Source: an uncultured Atopobium sp. (GTDB taxonomy: Bacteria > Actinomycetota > Coriobacteriia > Coriobacteriales > Atopobiaceae). Taken from it: a DNA stretch of 64,000 nt. The stretch covers positions 82,805 to 146,804 of the forward strand of contig CALIAZ010000003.1 of the NCBI GenBank assembly GCA_938045565.1, read 5' to 3'. Of this stretch, positions 39,566 to 49,935 are shown in pieces. The position numbers were made by a program, and so were the translations under genes. A model generated the notes under the pieces. The model searched no databases. It was given only the letters and a program-made list of their open reading frames with translations, and was not told the DNA's origin. Within the stretch, counting starts at the first letter, position 1. Each line of letters begins with the position of its first letter.

Positions 39566-40074
39566 TAGTGCACCTCGCGAACAATATCTGCAAACGTAGC
39601 CGATACAAATGAAGCTAAATCCTCCGGAGAAAGCGTTAAACTGAGTCCACGTTTTCCACCAGAAATATGAATGAGCTCAAAAAGCTGAGCAGTCTCGTCA
39701 ATTATAGTGGGAAATTGCTTCTTCATACCAACGGGAGTGCAGCCACCACGAACATAACCTGTTAAACCCTCAAGCTCTTTAACGGGCAGCATAGAGAGGT
39801 TCTTTTGACCAGATGCTGCTGCAGCCTTTTTAAGATCAAGTTCTTGATCTACAGGTATGCAGCACACCACATGCTCTCCGCTTGAAGATACGCAGACAAG
39901 TGTTTTAAATGCAGCGTCTGGATCTTCTCCAAGCATCTCTGCAATATGAGTTCCTAGCTCACCAGAAGGGACGTCTTCGTCTACCTCGTAAGATTGGAAC
40001 TCGTAAGCAATGCCGGCAGCATCAAGTTCCCTCATTGCATTTGTCTTTTGGACCTTGACCGTTTTTCTCGCCAT
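39565..40074 (-). CDS. ybaK: Cys-tRNA(Pro) deacylase YbaK/EbsC
   Basis: KTNAMR, FKTLV, TGYVRGGCTPVG, SGGKRG. Confidence 0.93.
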   Translation of the reverse strand: MARKTVKVQKTNAMRELDAAGIAYEFQSYEVDEDVPSGELGTHIAEMLGEDPDAAFKTLVCVSSSGEHVVCCIPVDQELDLKKAAAASGQKNLSMLPVKELEGLTGYVRGGCTPVGMKKQFPTIIDETAQLFELIHISGGKRGLSLTLSPEDLASFVSATFADIVREVH

Positions 40075-40075
40075 G

Positions 40076-42970
40076 TTATGCGCGCTTCTTCTGAGCTTTT
40101 TTCTCTGCAGCTAGACGTGCGTTATCTCGGTCAAGAATCTCTTTGAGGAACTTACCTGTGTGGCTTTCTGGCGTTGCCGCAACCTTTTCTGGCGTACCAG
40201 AAACAACTACGGTTCCACCGCCATCGCCACCTTCTGGACCCATGTCAATAATGCGGTCAGCCATCTTAATGACATCCAGGTTGTGCTCAATAACAAGTAC
40301 GGTGTTGCCCGCGTCAACAAGACGCTCAAGAACAACAATAAGCTGTCTGACATCCTCAAAATGAAGACCAGTTGTTGGCTCATCCAGAATATAAAGAGTT
40401 TTACCAGTCTGCTGACGGTGAAGCTCTTTTGCAAGCTTGACGCGCTGTGCCTCACCACCAGAGAGCGTGGTTGCTGGCTGACCAAGGTGAATGTAGCCAA
40501 GACCAACATCGTGGAGGGTCTGCAGCTTGTTCTTAATGCGTGGAATATTTGCAAAGAACGCAAGCGCCTCATGAACCGTCATATCAAGCACGTCGGAGAC
40601 GGACTTGCCGTGATAGAGAATCTCGAGCGTCTCGCGGTTATAACGCTTGCCGTGACAGACCTCACAAGGAACATAGACGTCAGGTAGGAAGTTCATCTCA
40701 ATCTTAATCTGGCCGTCGCCCTTACAAGCCTCGCAGCGGCCTCCTTGGACGTTAAACGAGAAACGACCAGCTGAGTAGCCGCGTGCACGGGACTCTGGGA
40801 CTGAAGCATACAGTGCGCGCAGGTCATCCCAAAGCCCAATATAGGTTGCTGGATTAGAACGAGGAGTTCTACCAATAGGGCTCTGGTCAATATCAATGAC
40901 CTTATCGATAAGATCAACGCCCTCGAGCTTTTTATACTCTCCTACCACGCGCTTTGAATGCTGAACTGCGTTGGTAAGCGCGGGAGCAAGGGTATCAGTA
41001 ACCAAGGAAGACTTGCCAGAGCCAGAAACACCAGTGACTACCGTCAATGTGCCCAGCTCAATTGAGGCGGAAACATTCTTGAGGTTGTTAGCGCTCGCTC
41101 CCGTAATTTTGATCTTTCCACGACCGGGCTTACGGCGAGTCTCTGGCAGCCTAATCTGCTTCTTTCCTGTAAGGTAAGCACCTGTGATGGAATCAGGGTT
41201 CTTAATGATTTCTTCTGGAGTTCCAGCAGCAACAACGTGACCACCAAGCTCACCAGCGCCGGGACCCATATCAATAACGTAGTCAGCCGCGCGAATGGTG
41301 TCTTCATCGTGCTCAACAACAAGTACAGTATTACCACGGTCTCTGAGCTGTTTAAGTGTCTCGATAAGACGGTTGTTGTCTCTTTGGTGAAGGCCAATAG
41401 AGGGCTCGTCCAGAATGTACAGGACGCCCATTAGACCAGCGCCAATCTGGGTTGCCAAGCGAATACGCTGGGCTTCTCCACCAGAAAGTGACGCTGCTGC
41501 ACGAGAAAGTGTGAGGTAGTCCAAGCCAACGTTTACCAAGAATTGCAGCCTTGCCACAATCTCTTTGACAATAGGACCTGCAATAACCTTCTGGCGATCC
41601 GTAATTGTCAGCTGCTTGAAGAACTGGAGCGACTCTTTGCAGGAAAGTTCGCAGACCTCCCAGATGTTCTTATCGCCAACAGTGACAGAGAGAATTTCTG
41701 GCTTTAAGCGAGCTCCGTGGCAGGTTGTACAGGGCATCTCGCGAATGTACTTCTCAAGATGCGTCTTCATATTCTCTGACGTGGTCTCTTGGTACTTGTC
41801 AAAAAGAATCTTTCTGACACCAGAGAACGTGGTGAACCAATGCGTATTGCGACCGTCGCGCGTCTTGTAGTCAACGCGAATCTTTGTGGAACCAAGACCA
41901 CCGAGAAGGGCGTCTTGCACCTTCTTGGGAAGCTTGTTCCAAGGTGTTGTATCAGATACGTCAAAATGCTTGCAGACTGCAGACAAAATCTGAGGATAGT
42001 AATTGGAGTGGCCAAAGAGGCTTCCAAAAACGCCTTCTGATACGGACAGTTTTGGATCAGCAATGAGTGCCGCAGCATCAATAATTTTGCGAGTTCCTAG
42101 GCCATCGCAATCAGGACAGGCGCCGTAAGGAGCGTTGAAGGAGAAATCGCGAGGCTGCAGGTCATCCATAGAGTGACCGTGAATTGGACAAGCAAGCGCC
42201 AGCGAGTACTGCAAGAGCTCTTCTGACATAGTCTCTGGATTGGATTTATCAGCCAGGAGCAATATACCTACCTTGCCCTGAGCAAGCTTAGTTGCTTGCT
42301 CAACGCCCTCAACAATGCGGCCCAAAGAATCAGGACGGATGACAATACGGTCAACGACAACCTCAATATCATGCTTGAGCGTTTTACCCAGCGTGATTTC
42401 TTCATCAAGTTCGCGGACTACGCCGTCAACGCGAACGCGAGAAAATCCTTCTTTGCGCAGGTCTTCAAAGAGCTTGACGTACTCGCCCTTGCGGCCCAAA
42501 ACAACAGGAGCTAGGACATAAGCTCTGCGCCCCTGACCAGCCTCAAGGATTTTATCGGCAACCTGATCTGTTGTCTGGCGCTCAATTACGCGACCGCACT
42601 CAGGGCAGTGAGGAGTACCCATACGAGCGTACAAAAGGCGCAGGTAATCATAGATTTCTGTAACAGTACCTACGGTTGAGCGAGGATTTCTAGAAGTTGT
42701 CTTCTGGTCAATAGATACAGCTGGAGAAAGACCATCAATAGAGTCAAGGTCTGGCTTATCCATCTGTCCCAAGAACTGACGGGCATAGCTGGACAAGGAC
42801 TCAACGTAGCGGCGCTGTCCCTCTGCGTAAATGGTGTCAAAGGCAAGGCTTGACTTGCCCGAACCGGAAAGTCCTGTAATAACTACCAGCTGATCACGAG
42901 GGATATCAATGTCAATATCTTGCAGGTTGTGCTCTCGTGCGCCACGGATAGCAATTTTGCTTGAAGCCAT
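40076..42970 (-). CDS. uvrA: Excinuclease ABC subunit A
   Basis: GAREHNL, GLSGSGKSS, YVESLS, two ABC domains and Zn fingers. Confidence 0.99.
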   Translation of the reverse strand: MASSKIAIRGAREHNLQDIDIDIPRDQLVVITGLSGSGKSSLAFDTIYAEGQRRYVESLSSYARQFLGQMDKPDLDSIDGLSPAVSIDQKTTSRNPRSTVGTVTEIYDYLRLLYARMGTPHCPECGRVIERQTTDQVADKILEAGQGRRAYVLAPVVLGRKGEYVKLFEDLRKEGFSRVRVDGVVRELDEEITLGKTLKHDIEVVVDRIVIRPDSLGRIVEGVEQATKLAQGKVGILLLADKSNPETMSEELLQYSLALACPIHGHSMDDLQPRDFSFNAPYGACPDCDGLGTRKIIDAAALIADPKLSVSEGVFGSLFGHSNYYPQILSAVCKHFDVSDTTPWNKLPKKVQDALLGGLGSTKIRVDYKTRDGRNTHWFTTFSGVRKILFDKYQETTSENMKTHLEKYIREMPCTTCHGARLKPEILSVTVGDKNIWEVCELSCKESLQFFKQLTITDRQKVIAGPIVKEIVARLQFLVNVGLDYLTLSRAAASLSGGEAQRIRLATQIGAGLMGVLYILDEPSIGLHQRDNNRLIETLKQLRDRGNTVLVVEHDEDTIRAADYVIDMGPGAGELGGHVVAAGTPEEIIKNPDSITGAYLTGKKQIRLPETRRKPGRGKIKITGASANNLKNVSASIELGTLTVVTGVSGSGKSSLVTDTLAPALTNAVQHSKRVVGEYKKLEGVDLIDKVIDIDQSPIGRTPRSNPATYIGLWDDLRALYASVPESRARGYSAGRFSFNVQGGRCEACKGDGQIKIEMNFLPDVYVPCEVCHGKRYNRETLEILYHGKSVSDVLDMTVHEALAFFANIPRIKNKLQTLHDVGLGYIHLGQPATTLSGGEAQRVKLAKELHRQQTGKTLYILDEPTTGLHFEDVRQLIVVLERLVDAGNTVLVIEHNLDVIKMADRIIDMGPEGGDGGGTVVVSGTPEKVAATPESHTGKFLKEILDRDNARLAAEKKAQKKRA

Positions 42971-43038
42971 AGTTCCTCACATAACCAGTTTGACGTGCAC
43001 GTTTCTTTTGACACGCCTACTACCAAACAACAGAAAAC

Positions 43039-43077
43039 AACATCAGTACACAGATGTAATTTGTGTACTGATGTTCT
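43039..43077. promoter_or_regulatory. 14-bp inverted repeat upstream of uvrA containing a LexA-like site
   Basis: AACATCAGTACACA-9nt-TGTGTACTGATGTT. On the minus strand, AGAAC-ATCA-GTAC immediately follows a TATACT -10. It may also act as the yhcH terminator. Confidence 0.5.
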
Positions 43078-43122
43078 AGTATACCCAAGTTAATGCTGCC
43101 AAAACACGGCACGCACGCTTCC

Positions 43123-43584
43123 CTATTTAATACGAACCTTCATCACGGCTTTTTTGAGCTTTGAGCCAGATTTCTCCAGCGTGCAGCCTGGTTTGTGGGC
43201 ATCAGATGGAGGTGTCACCAGAAAATCACCTGCGTGCAAGGTGACCCATGTCTCTTCTCCAGGATTGGTATAAGCACCAAAATCAGCGTCAGCATTGAAC
43301 TCACCCTTAAGAACACACTGCTCAAGAGGGGCAACAGCGATGCTTTCGGTACCAGAAATCACTACGTGAATATCGGCGTAAATCTTATGAGCCTCATAGT
43401 CCTTCTCGCTAGGCAGAGCCGGCTCAAACTCCATGACGTTCACAAAAACGTTATCTCCGTCAATTTCTGTCTTGCCCAAAGGCAGCTCATCCAGATTGTG
43501 GGTTGCCAAAAACTCCGCAGCACAAGCCATATATTTCTGACCAAAGTCATTCTCAGATAGATTTTTAATTGACGAGAAAATCAT
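43123..43584 (-). CDS. YhcH/YjgK/YiaL (NanQ-like) family protein
   Basis: IDGDNVF, YEAHKIYADIH, G.E, PSDAHKP, KKAVMKV. Confidence 0.9.
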   Translation of the reverse strand: MIFSSIKNLSENDFGQKYMACAAEFLATHNLDELPLGKTEIDGDNVFVNVMEFEPALPSEKDYEAHKIYADIHVVISGTESIAVAPLEQCVLKGEFNADADFGAYTNPGEETWVTLHAGDFLVTPPSDAHKPGCTLEKSGSKLKKAVMKVRIK

Positions 43585-43702
43585 GTGAACCTCCTACGTT
43601 CAGCTAAAGTGCGCCGAAAAGATTATAGCTATCTCGTTTGCCATAAAGTTCTATGGGTAGAATTAAGTAGTTACTGCATACAACTGCTACATAAGGAGAG
43701 AC

Positions 43703-44551
43703 ATGGCAGACGTAGATATTGATCGTGAGGCGCTTCGTAAAGAGATTGACGCTGCACTTCACGGCAAAAAGAAAGAGCCACAGCCACCCGCGGGCTTTGA
43801 ACTTAATCAGCACTCAAGCGTCAAGCACGTTATTGGCGTTGTTTCTGGTAAGGGCGGTGTTGGCAAGTCTTTTGTCACCGGTATTCTTGCTACTAACCTT
43901 GCTCGCGCAGGTAAGCGCGTTGGTATTCTTGACGGCGATATTACCGGCCCTTCAATTCCTCGCATGTTTGGCATCTCTGATGAGCGCTCTTACGGCGTTG
44001 AAGAGCAGCTTATTCCTATCGAGGACGCAAACGGTATCAAGATTATGAGCGCTAACCTGGTGCTTCAAAACGAGACCGATCCTGTTCTCTGGAGAGGTCC
44101 TGTTGTTGCTGGCGCTATCCAGCAGTTCTACAGCCAGTGCAACTGGGGTAACCTTGATTACCTGCTTATTGATATGCCTCCAGGAACAGGCGATGTTGCG
44201 CTAACGGTATTCCAATCCCTTCCTGTTGAGGGTGTTGTGATTGTTTCTTCTCCACAAGATCTTGTTCAGATGGTTGTGGGCAAGGCAGTGCGCATGGCAG
44301 AAATGATGCATGTACCTGTACTTGGTTTGATTGAGAACATGGCATATATCACCTGCCCTCACTGTGATGAGCGCATTGAGCCTTATGGCCCATCAAAGCT
44401 TGCTGAGACCGCGACAGCATTTAACCTCAAACCTTTGGGACAGCTGCCTATGGATGCAACCTTTGCACAGATTGCTGATAAGGGAACCTTTAGTACCGAG
44501 CTTCCTGAAGGCCTTGTTCCTGACGCAACACAAAGCGTTCTTGACCTGTAA
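43703..44551 (+). CDS. mrp: Mrp/NBP35 (ApbC) Fe-S cluster carrier ATPase
   Basis: SGKGGVGKS, DITGPS, WRGP, DMPPGTGD, ENM..CPHC. Confidence 0.93.
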   Translation: MADVDIDREALRKEIDAALHGKKKEPQPPAGFELNQHSSVKHVIGVVSGKGGVGKSFVTGILATNLARAGKRVGILDGDITGPSIPRMFGISDERSYGVEEQLIPIEDANGIKIMSANLVLQNETDPVLWRGPVVAGAIQQFYSQCNWGNLDYLLIDMPPGTGDVALTVFQSLPVEGVVIVSSPQDLVQMVVGKAVRMAEMMHVPVLGLIENMAYITCPHCDERIEPYGPSKLAETATAFNLKPLGQLPMDATFAQIADKGTFSTELPEGLVPDATQSVLDL

Positions 44552-44596
44552 GTTCTAGAAGCTGGTACTTACACAACACAAAAGGTAGTTCTTACT

Positions 44597-45850
44597 ATGG
44601 CTCAGTCAACGCGCGTTAAAGAACGCCAAGCGGCACAAGCTCAGCGCATCAAACATGCTCAGGCATTTCTGGTGCCAGACCATATTGATGTTGCAATTCT
44701 GGGTAGTGGCGCAGCAGGACTCTGCGCTGCCATCACTGCTGCCGAAGTTCTTGGCGCCAACAAGCGCGTTATTATCTTTGAAAAAGCACTGGAGAGCGGC
44801 AGAACTATCCTGGCAACAGGCGGCGGTCGTTGCAACTTCACCAATGCAAATTTGAGCTTTGAGAATTTCTCTCATCCAGAGTTTGTCCAGGCTGTTTGCA
44901 AGGATAAGGACACGTTTCTTGCGGACATCCTGGCTTTCTTTAGGTCCAGCGGTCTTGCGTGGGCAACTGAAGACGAAGGCAGAATGTACCCTCTTACCAG
45001 GCAAGCAAACTCCATCCAGTCACTGTTGCTCAGGCGTGCCCAAAAAGCTGGTGTCCAATTTGCTTTGGGGCGAGAAGTAACGTCAGTTAAACCACAGCAC
45101 AATGGCTTCAACATTGCCTTTCAAGAATGCTTTGCTGGCGAGAAAACCCACAAGGTCCATGCATCATCAGTGGTTCTAGCTACTGGTGGACTCACAACCA
45201 CAAAACTTGCTGAAAGTCTTCAGCTGCAGACCACCTCACTGCGACCGGGACTCTGTGCGCTCACTTGCACTCCTCAGCCTCCAACAAGCCTTGATGGAAA
45301 GCGCGTACGAGCGCACGCAGCTCTTGTAAGAGATGGCGCTGTGCTCAAACAGGAATCTGGCGAGCTGCTTTTTAGGTCATTTGGACTCTCGGGCATCATG
45401 ATTTTCAACTTGTCTCGCACAACCCTGCCTGGTGACGTGCTTGAGATTGATCTTCTCCCCCAGCTTACGGAAGAGGAAGTTGCAGCAGCTGTAGAAGCTC
45501 ACACCACCGACGGTCTTCTCGACCCACAGATTGCTGCTTACCTGGGCACCAATGACTCAGTTGAAGCCACTGTTGCCAAGGCTCACAAAATAACTTTTAC
45601 CGTTACCGGTACATCCTCCAAAGTTGTTCCACAGGTCTGTATTGGTGGAATTTCCATCGATCAGGTGGATACAAACACTCTTGAAGCACACGGTGTTCCT
45701 AGTCTGTTTATTGCGGGAGAGTCTCTTGATATTGACGCTCAATGTGGAGGCTTTAACCTCTCGTGGGCGTGGAAGAGCGGGATGGTTGCCGGTCTGGCTG
45801 CTGCAAAAAGTGCTGGTCAAGATTGCGAATCTTTGAAAGAGGACAACTAA
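44597..45850 (+). CDS. HI0933/YhiN-family flavoprotein
   Basis: GSGAAG, ILATGGGRCNFTN, GRMYP, GELLF..GLSG, GGFNL.WAW.SG. Confidence 0.9.
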   Translation: MAQSTRVKERQAAQAQRIKHAQAFLVPDHIDVAILGSGAAGLCAAITAAEVLGANKRVIIFEKALESGRTILATGGGRCNFTNANLSFENFSHPEFVQAVCKDKDTFLADILAFFRSSGLAWATEDEGRMYPLTRQANSIQSLLLRRAQKAGVQFALGREVTSVKPQHNGFNIAFQECFAGEKTHKVHASSVVLATGGLTTTKLAESLQLQTTSLRPGLCALTCTPQPPTSLDGKRVRAHAALVRDGAVLKQESGELLFRSFGLSGIMIFNLSRTTLPGDVLEIDLLPQLTEEEVAAAVEAHTTDGLLDPQIAAYLGTNDSVEATVAKAHKITFTVTGTSSKVVPQVCIGGISIDQVDTNTLEAHGVPSLFIAGESLDIDAQCGGFNLSWAWKSGMVAGLAAAKSAGQDCESLKEDN

Positions 45851-45851
45851 C

Positions 45852-47522
45852 ATGCTGGAAGTATCAAACATTAAAGTTCATGTTGCGCCTCTTCGTAAGC
45901 ATCCCGCTAAAGAATCAAAGGTGGGTTTTGATGCGCTCCTTCGTACCCTCCGAGTTTCTGCAGATGAGATTACCTCATATGAGCTGCATAAGCGCTCAAT
46001 TGATGCACGTAAAAGAAACGATATTTTTCTTATCCTCACCTATCACGTAAACCTTAAAGGTGGGCCAGCAGCAGAACAAAAACTACTGAGCAAGATTCAA
46101 GGTAGGCCTGCAGCAAAGCATATCAAGCTTGCAGAGCCAAACACTTTTGCGCTCCCCAAAGCAACGCAACCCGCTCCTTCAGAGAACCGCCCCGTTGTTG
46201 TAGGAGCTGGATGTGCAGGCCTGTTTTGTGCGCTTACACTCGCCAAAGCTGGCCTTAATCCCCTGCTCATCGAGCGTGGAGATGACGCAACGAGAAGAAC
46301 TGCTGCAGTGGAGCATCACAACCAAACGGGTCAGCTAGATCTTGAGAGCAACATCCAGTTTGGCCTTGGTGGTGCTGGTACATTCTCTGACGGCAAGCTC
46401 AACACGGGCACCAAGAGCGCTTCTCATCGCTTTATTCTTGAGACTTTTGTTAAGGCGGGCGCACAGAAAAATATTTTATGGGACGCAAAACCCCACGTAG
46501 GAAGCGATGTTCTTCCCGCCGTTGTGACCAATATTGTCAAAATGATTGAAGACGCTGGTGGAAGCGTTGCATTTAGGACAAAACTCACGTCCCTAGAGCG
46601 AGCCTCAGACGGCTCTCTTTCTGCAATTCAGGTCGAGAAGACCAATCCAGACGGCTCAACTCAAACTGACACCATAAAGACTCGCACAATAATTCTTGCG
46701 ACTGGGCACTCAAGTAGAGACACGTATGTCATGCTCAAAGACAAAGGTATCTCTATGGAGAGAAAAACTTTTGCCATGGGCGTGCGAATTGAGCACCTTC
46801 AGTCCCAAATCAATAAATCGCTGTACGGTCCCGAAGCAACCAATCCTGTACTAGGAGCGGCGCCCTACAAGCTTTCTGTTCACCTTCCCTCTGGTAGAAG
46901 CGCCTTCTCGTTCTGTATGTGTCCTGGTGGCTATGTTGTTTCTGCAGCTAGCGAGAAGGGCGGCGTAGTCACAAATGGCATGAGCCTGTCTGACCGCGCA
47001 GGACAAAACGCTAACTCTGGTCTCTTGGCTAACGTCTATCCAGACGATCTTCCAGGAGATGACGTACTTGCTGGAATTGAACTACAACGCAGATGCGAAC
47101 AAGCGGCCTTTAAAGCAGGTGGAGGAGCTTATGTTGCCCCTGCTCAGCTTGTAGGCGACTTCCTCAACAAGAAAGCTTCTACTGGGCCTCGTTCGGTAAA
47201 ACCAACCTACCCACGTGGTGTTACCTGGACCTCGCTTGAAGACTGCCTTCCACCCTACGTCTTAAATACCTTGCGAGAAGCCCTTCCGGTCATGGACAAA
47301 AAGCTTCATGGCTTTGCTCATCCCGATGCTGTTCTTACAGGTGTTGAAACAAGATCAAGCTCTCCTGTAAGAATTACCCGCGATGAAACAGGACAAAGTA
47401 TTAACACTCCAGGTGTATGGCCTGTAGGCGAAGGTGCTGGCTACGCCGGCGGCATTATGAGCGCCGCAGCTGATGGCATTAGGATGGCCGAGCTTGTAGT
47501 AGAGCGCTATAACAACGCTTAA
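45852..47522 (+). CDS. Uncharacterised FAD-dependent oxidoreductase (COG2509-like)
   Basis: [50 protein letters not shown]. Confidence 0.88.
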   Translation: MLEVSNIKVHVAPLRKHPAKESKVGFDALLRTLRVSADEITSYELHKRSIDARKRNDIFLILTYHVNLKGGPAAEQKLLSKIQGRPAAKHIKLAEPNTFALPKATQPAPSENRPVVVGAGCAGLFCALTLAKAGLNPLLIERGDDATRRTAAVEHHNQTGQLDLESNIQFGLGGAGTFSDGKLNTGTKSASHRFILETFVKAGAQKNILWDAKPHVGSDVLPAVVTNIVKMIEDAGGSVAFRTKLTSLERASDGSLSAIQVEKTNPDGSTQTDTIKTRTIILATGHSSRDTYVMLKDKGISMERKTFAMGVRIEHLQSQINKSLYGPEATNPVLGAAPYKLSVHLPSGRSAFSFCMCPGGYVVSAASEKGGVVTNGMSLSDRAGQNANSGLLANVYPDDLPGDDVLAGIELQRRCEQAAFKAGGGAYVAPAQLVGDFLNKKASTGPRSVKPTYPRGVTWTSLEDCLPPYVLNTLREALPVMDKKLHGFAHPDAVLTGVETRSSSPVRITRDETGQSINTPGVWPVGEGAGYAGGIMSAAADGIRMAELVVERYNNA

Positions 47523-49759
47523 TGTTTGCCTCTGTAACGCCTGCGAGTTGCGTGAGCACTGCCTTTTCTAGCGCCAGTTTTAAGCCTCTTGATAACATCA
47601 TCTGAGGTAGTGCCTTCAAGCTGACTTCTAATGGCAACAATCTGATCTCTGAGTTCTGCTGCATGCTCATAATCCATAGATGCAGATGCCTCTGCCATCT
47701 CTGCTTCCATTCCAGAAAGCATAGCTTCAACCTCTGTACGAGGAAGATTTTGCAACTCTTCAGCAAGCAATTCTGCGGGCATCTCAAGAATTGATTCTTG
47801 CTGTTCTTCAAGCGAATCTTCGTCATCAGAGGCGGTATAAAACTCTCCGTTTTTACGTTTGCGTTTATCAATGTTTTCTGATGCTTCGGCAATAAAGCCT
47901 ACAATATCAGTAATAGATTTCTTAACGGTTTTAGGCACAATACCGTGTTCTTTGTTAAACGCTTCCTGAAGTTCTCGACGCCTTCTTGTTTCATCAATGG
48001 CAATACGCATGGAATCAGTGATTTTATCGGCGTACATAATGACCTGGCCAGAAGCGTTTCTTGCTGCTCTACCCATAGTCTGAATAAGAGATCTTCTGTT
48101 TCTTAAGAAGCCCTCTTTATCTGCATCAAGAATAGCCACGAGAGAAACCTCTGGAATATCAAGTCCTTCTCGCAAAAGGTTAATTCCAACAAGCACGTCA
48201 ATTTTTCCCTGACGTAAATCTCTAATGATTTCTACACGGTCAAGCGTAGCAGTGTCCGAGTGCATGTAGTTGACTTTAATACCCTCGTCCAACAGGTGAT
48301 CTGTAAGATCTTCTGCCATTCGTTTGGTAAGCGTGGTTACAAGAACGCGCTCTTTTTTTGCCACTCGCTCTTTGACCTCTGAGATGAGGTCATCAATCTG
48401 ACCTCTTACTGGTCTCACATCAATCTTTGGATCAAGAAGGCCGGTTGGACGAATAATCTGCTCAACCTGTTGCTGAGCAACCGTCTCTTCATAGTCTCCA
48501 GGAGTTGCGGAAACATAAATGAACTGCGGAATACGTCCTTCAAATTCGTCAAATCTGAGCGGTCTGTTATCAAGTGCGGAAGGAAGTCTAAATCCGTGAT
48601 CTACCAGCGTAACCTTACGAGACCTATCACCCTCATACATACCTCTAATTTGAGGAACGGTAACGTGTGACTCATCGATAATGCAAATCATATCTTTAGG
48701 GAAATAATCAATGAGCGTATAGGGAGGCTCACCTGGAGCACGACCGTCCAAATGGCGCGAGTAGTTCTCAATACCATTACAATAACCCATGGTCTCAAGC
48801 ATCTCTAGGTCATAGTTTGTTCTCTGAGCAAGACGCTGAGCTTCAAGTAATTTATCGTTTTCTTTAAGCTCTTTAACACGAGCTTCCATCTCTTCAGAGA
48901 TGGTTGTAAGGGCGTGGGTAATCTTTGGACGCTCAGTGACATAGTGAGATGCTGGCCAAATGGGAATAGCATCAAACTCTCTCAGTACTTCTCCCGTTAC
49001 GTTACTAACCTCTGAAATGCTTTCTACTTCATCCCCAAAGAACTCAATACGCAGCGGGTTTTCTGCATACGGCGGAAACACATCAACAACGTCTCCACGC
49101 ACCCTAAACATACCGCGCTGTAGATCGTAATCATTTCTATCGTACTGGACATCAATAAGATCTTTAATAAAATCGTCACGCTCAAGAGGAACGGATTTGT
49201 CTACATTAGGAGCAAGACCTGCATAGTCTTGAGGGCTACCAATACCATAAATACAGGATACAGATGCAACTACGATGACATCTCGTCTAGACAAAAGCGA
49301 CGAAGTTGCCTGGTGACGGAGCTTCTCTACCTCTTCATTGATGGAAGCATCTTTTTCTATGTATGTATCTGACTGTGGAACGTATGCCTCTGGCTGGTAG
49401 TAGTCATAGTACGAGACAAAGTACACAACAGCGTTGTTAGGAAAGAGCTCCTTCATCTCTGAAGCTACCTGAGCAGCCAGTGTTTTATTGGGCTCCATAA
49501 TAAGCGTGGGACGGTTGAGTTTCTCGATAGTTTTAGCCATAGAGAAGGTCTTGCCCGAGCCCGTAACGCCCAAGAGCGTCTGATACCTAAGCCCGTCTTC
49601 AATTCCTTGAGCAAGCTTTTCTATTGCCTGCGGTTGATCACCTGCAGGCTCAAAAGGAGATACCACCTGAAGCTTCTCTTCTCCTGCTTCACGACCAAAT
49701 CGGCGCAGTTCAGCACCTATATATTCTTTATGTTGATCTTCAGCATGAGATGCGTCCAT
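47519..49759 (-). CDS. uvrB: Excinuclease ABC subunit B
   Basis: [34 protein letters not shown]-terminal UVR domain. Confidence 0.99.
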   Translation of the reverse strand: MDASHAEDQHKEYIGAELRRFGREAGEEKLQVVSPFEPAGDQPQAIEKLAQGIEDGLRYQTLLGVTGSGKTFSMAKTIEKLNRPTLIMEPNKTLAAQVASEMKELFPNNAVVYFVSYYDYYQPEAYVPQSDTYIEKDASINEEVEKLRHQATSSLLSRRDVIVVASVSCIYGIGSPQDYAGLAPNVDKSVPLERDDFIKDLIDVQYDRNDYDLQRGMFRVRGDVVDVFPPYAENPLRIEFFGDEVESISEVSNVTGEVLREFDAIPIWPASHYVTERPKITHALTTISEEMEARVKELKENDKLLEAQRLAQRTNYDLEMLETMGYCNGIENYSRHLDGRAPGEPPYTLIDYFPKDMICIIDESHVTVPQIRGMYEGDRSRKVTLVDHGFRLPSALDNRPLRFDEFEGRIPQFIYVSATPGDYEETVAQQQVEQIIRPTGLLDPKIDVRPVRGQIDDLISEVKERVAKKERVLVTTLTKRMAEDLTDHLLDEGIKVNYMHSDTATLDRVEIIRDLRQGKIDVLVGINLLREGLDIPEVSLVAILDADKEGFLRNRRSLIQTMGRAARNASGQVIMYADKITDSMRIAIDETRRRRELQEAFNKEHGIVPKTVKKSITDIVGFIAEASENIDKRKRKNGEFYTASDDEDSLEEQQESILEMPAELLAEELQNLPRTEVEAMLSGMEAEMAEASASMDYEHAAELRDQIVAIRSQLEGTTSDDVIKRLKTGARKGSAHATRRRYRGKH

Positions 49760-49807
49760 GAGATTCTCCTTTTCTTGTGAATGTAGTATACCCCACTTCC
49801 CAAAACT

Positions 49808-49821
49808 GAAACACTTGTTCT
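49808..49821. promoter_or_regulatory. LexA (Cheo-type) box between the divergent uvrB and TPR-like genes
   Basis: Minus-strand AGAAC-AAGT-GTTTC fits GAAC-RNRY-GTTY and sits 17 bp upstream of a TATACT -10 for uvrB. Confidence 0.7.
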
Positions 49822-49935
49822 ATACTATTTGTAAATTGCAGTATAGTTTCAAAGTGTGGCGGGTAATAAATAAATTATCTATATGCGCTAAACTAGCACC
49901 TAAATAAACAAGTTACATCAGATAAAGGAGATACC

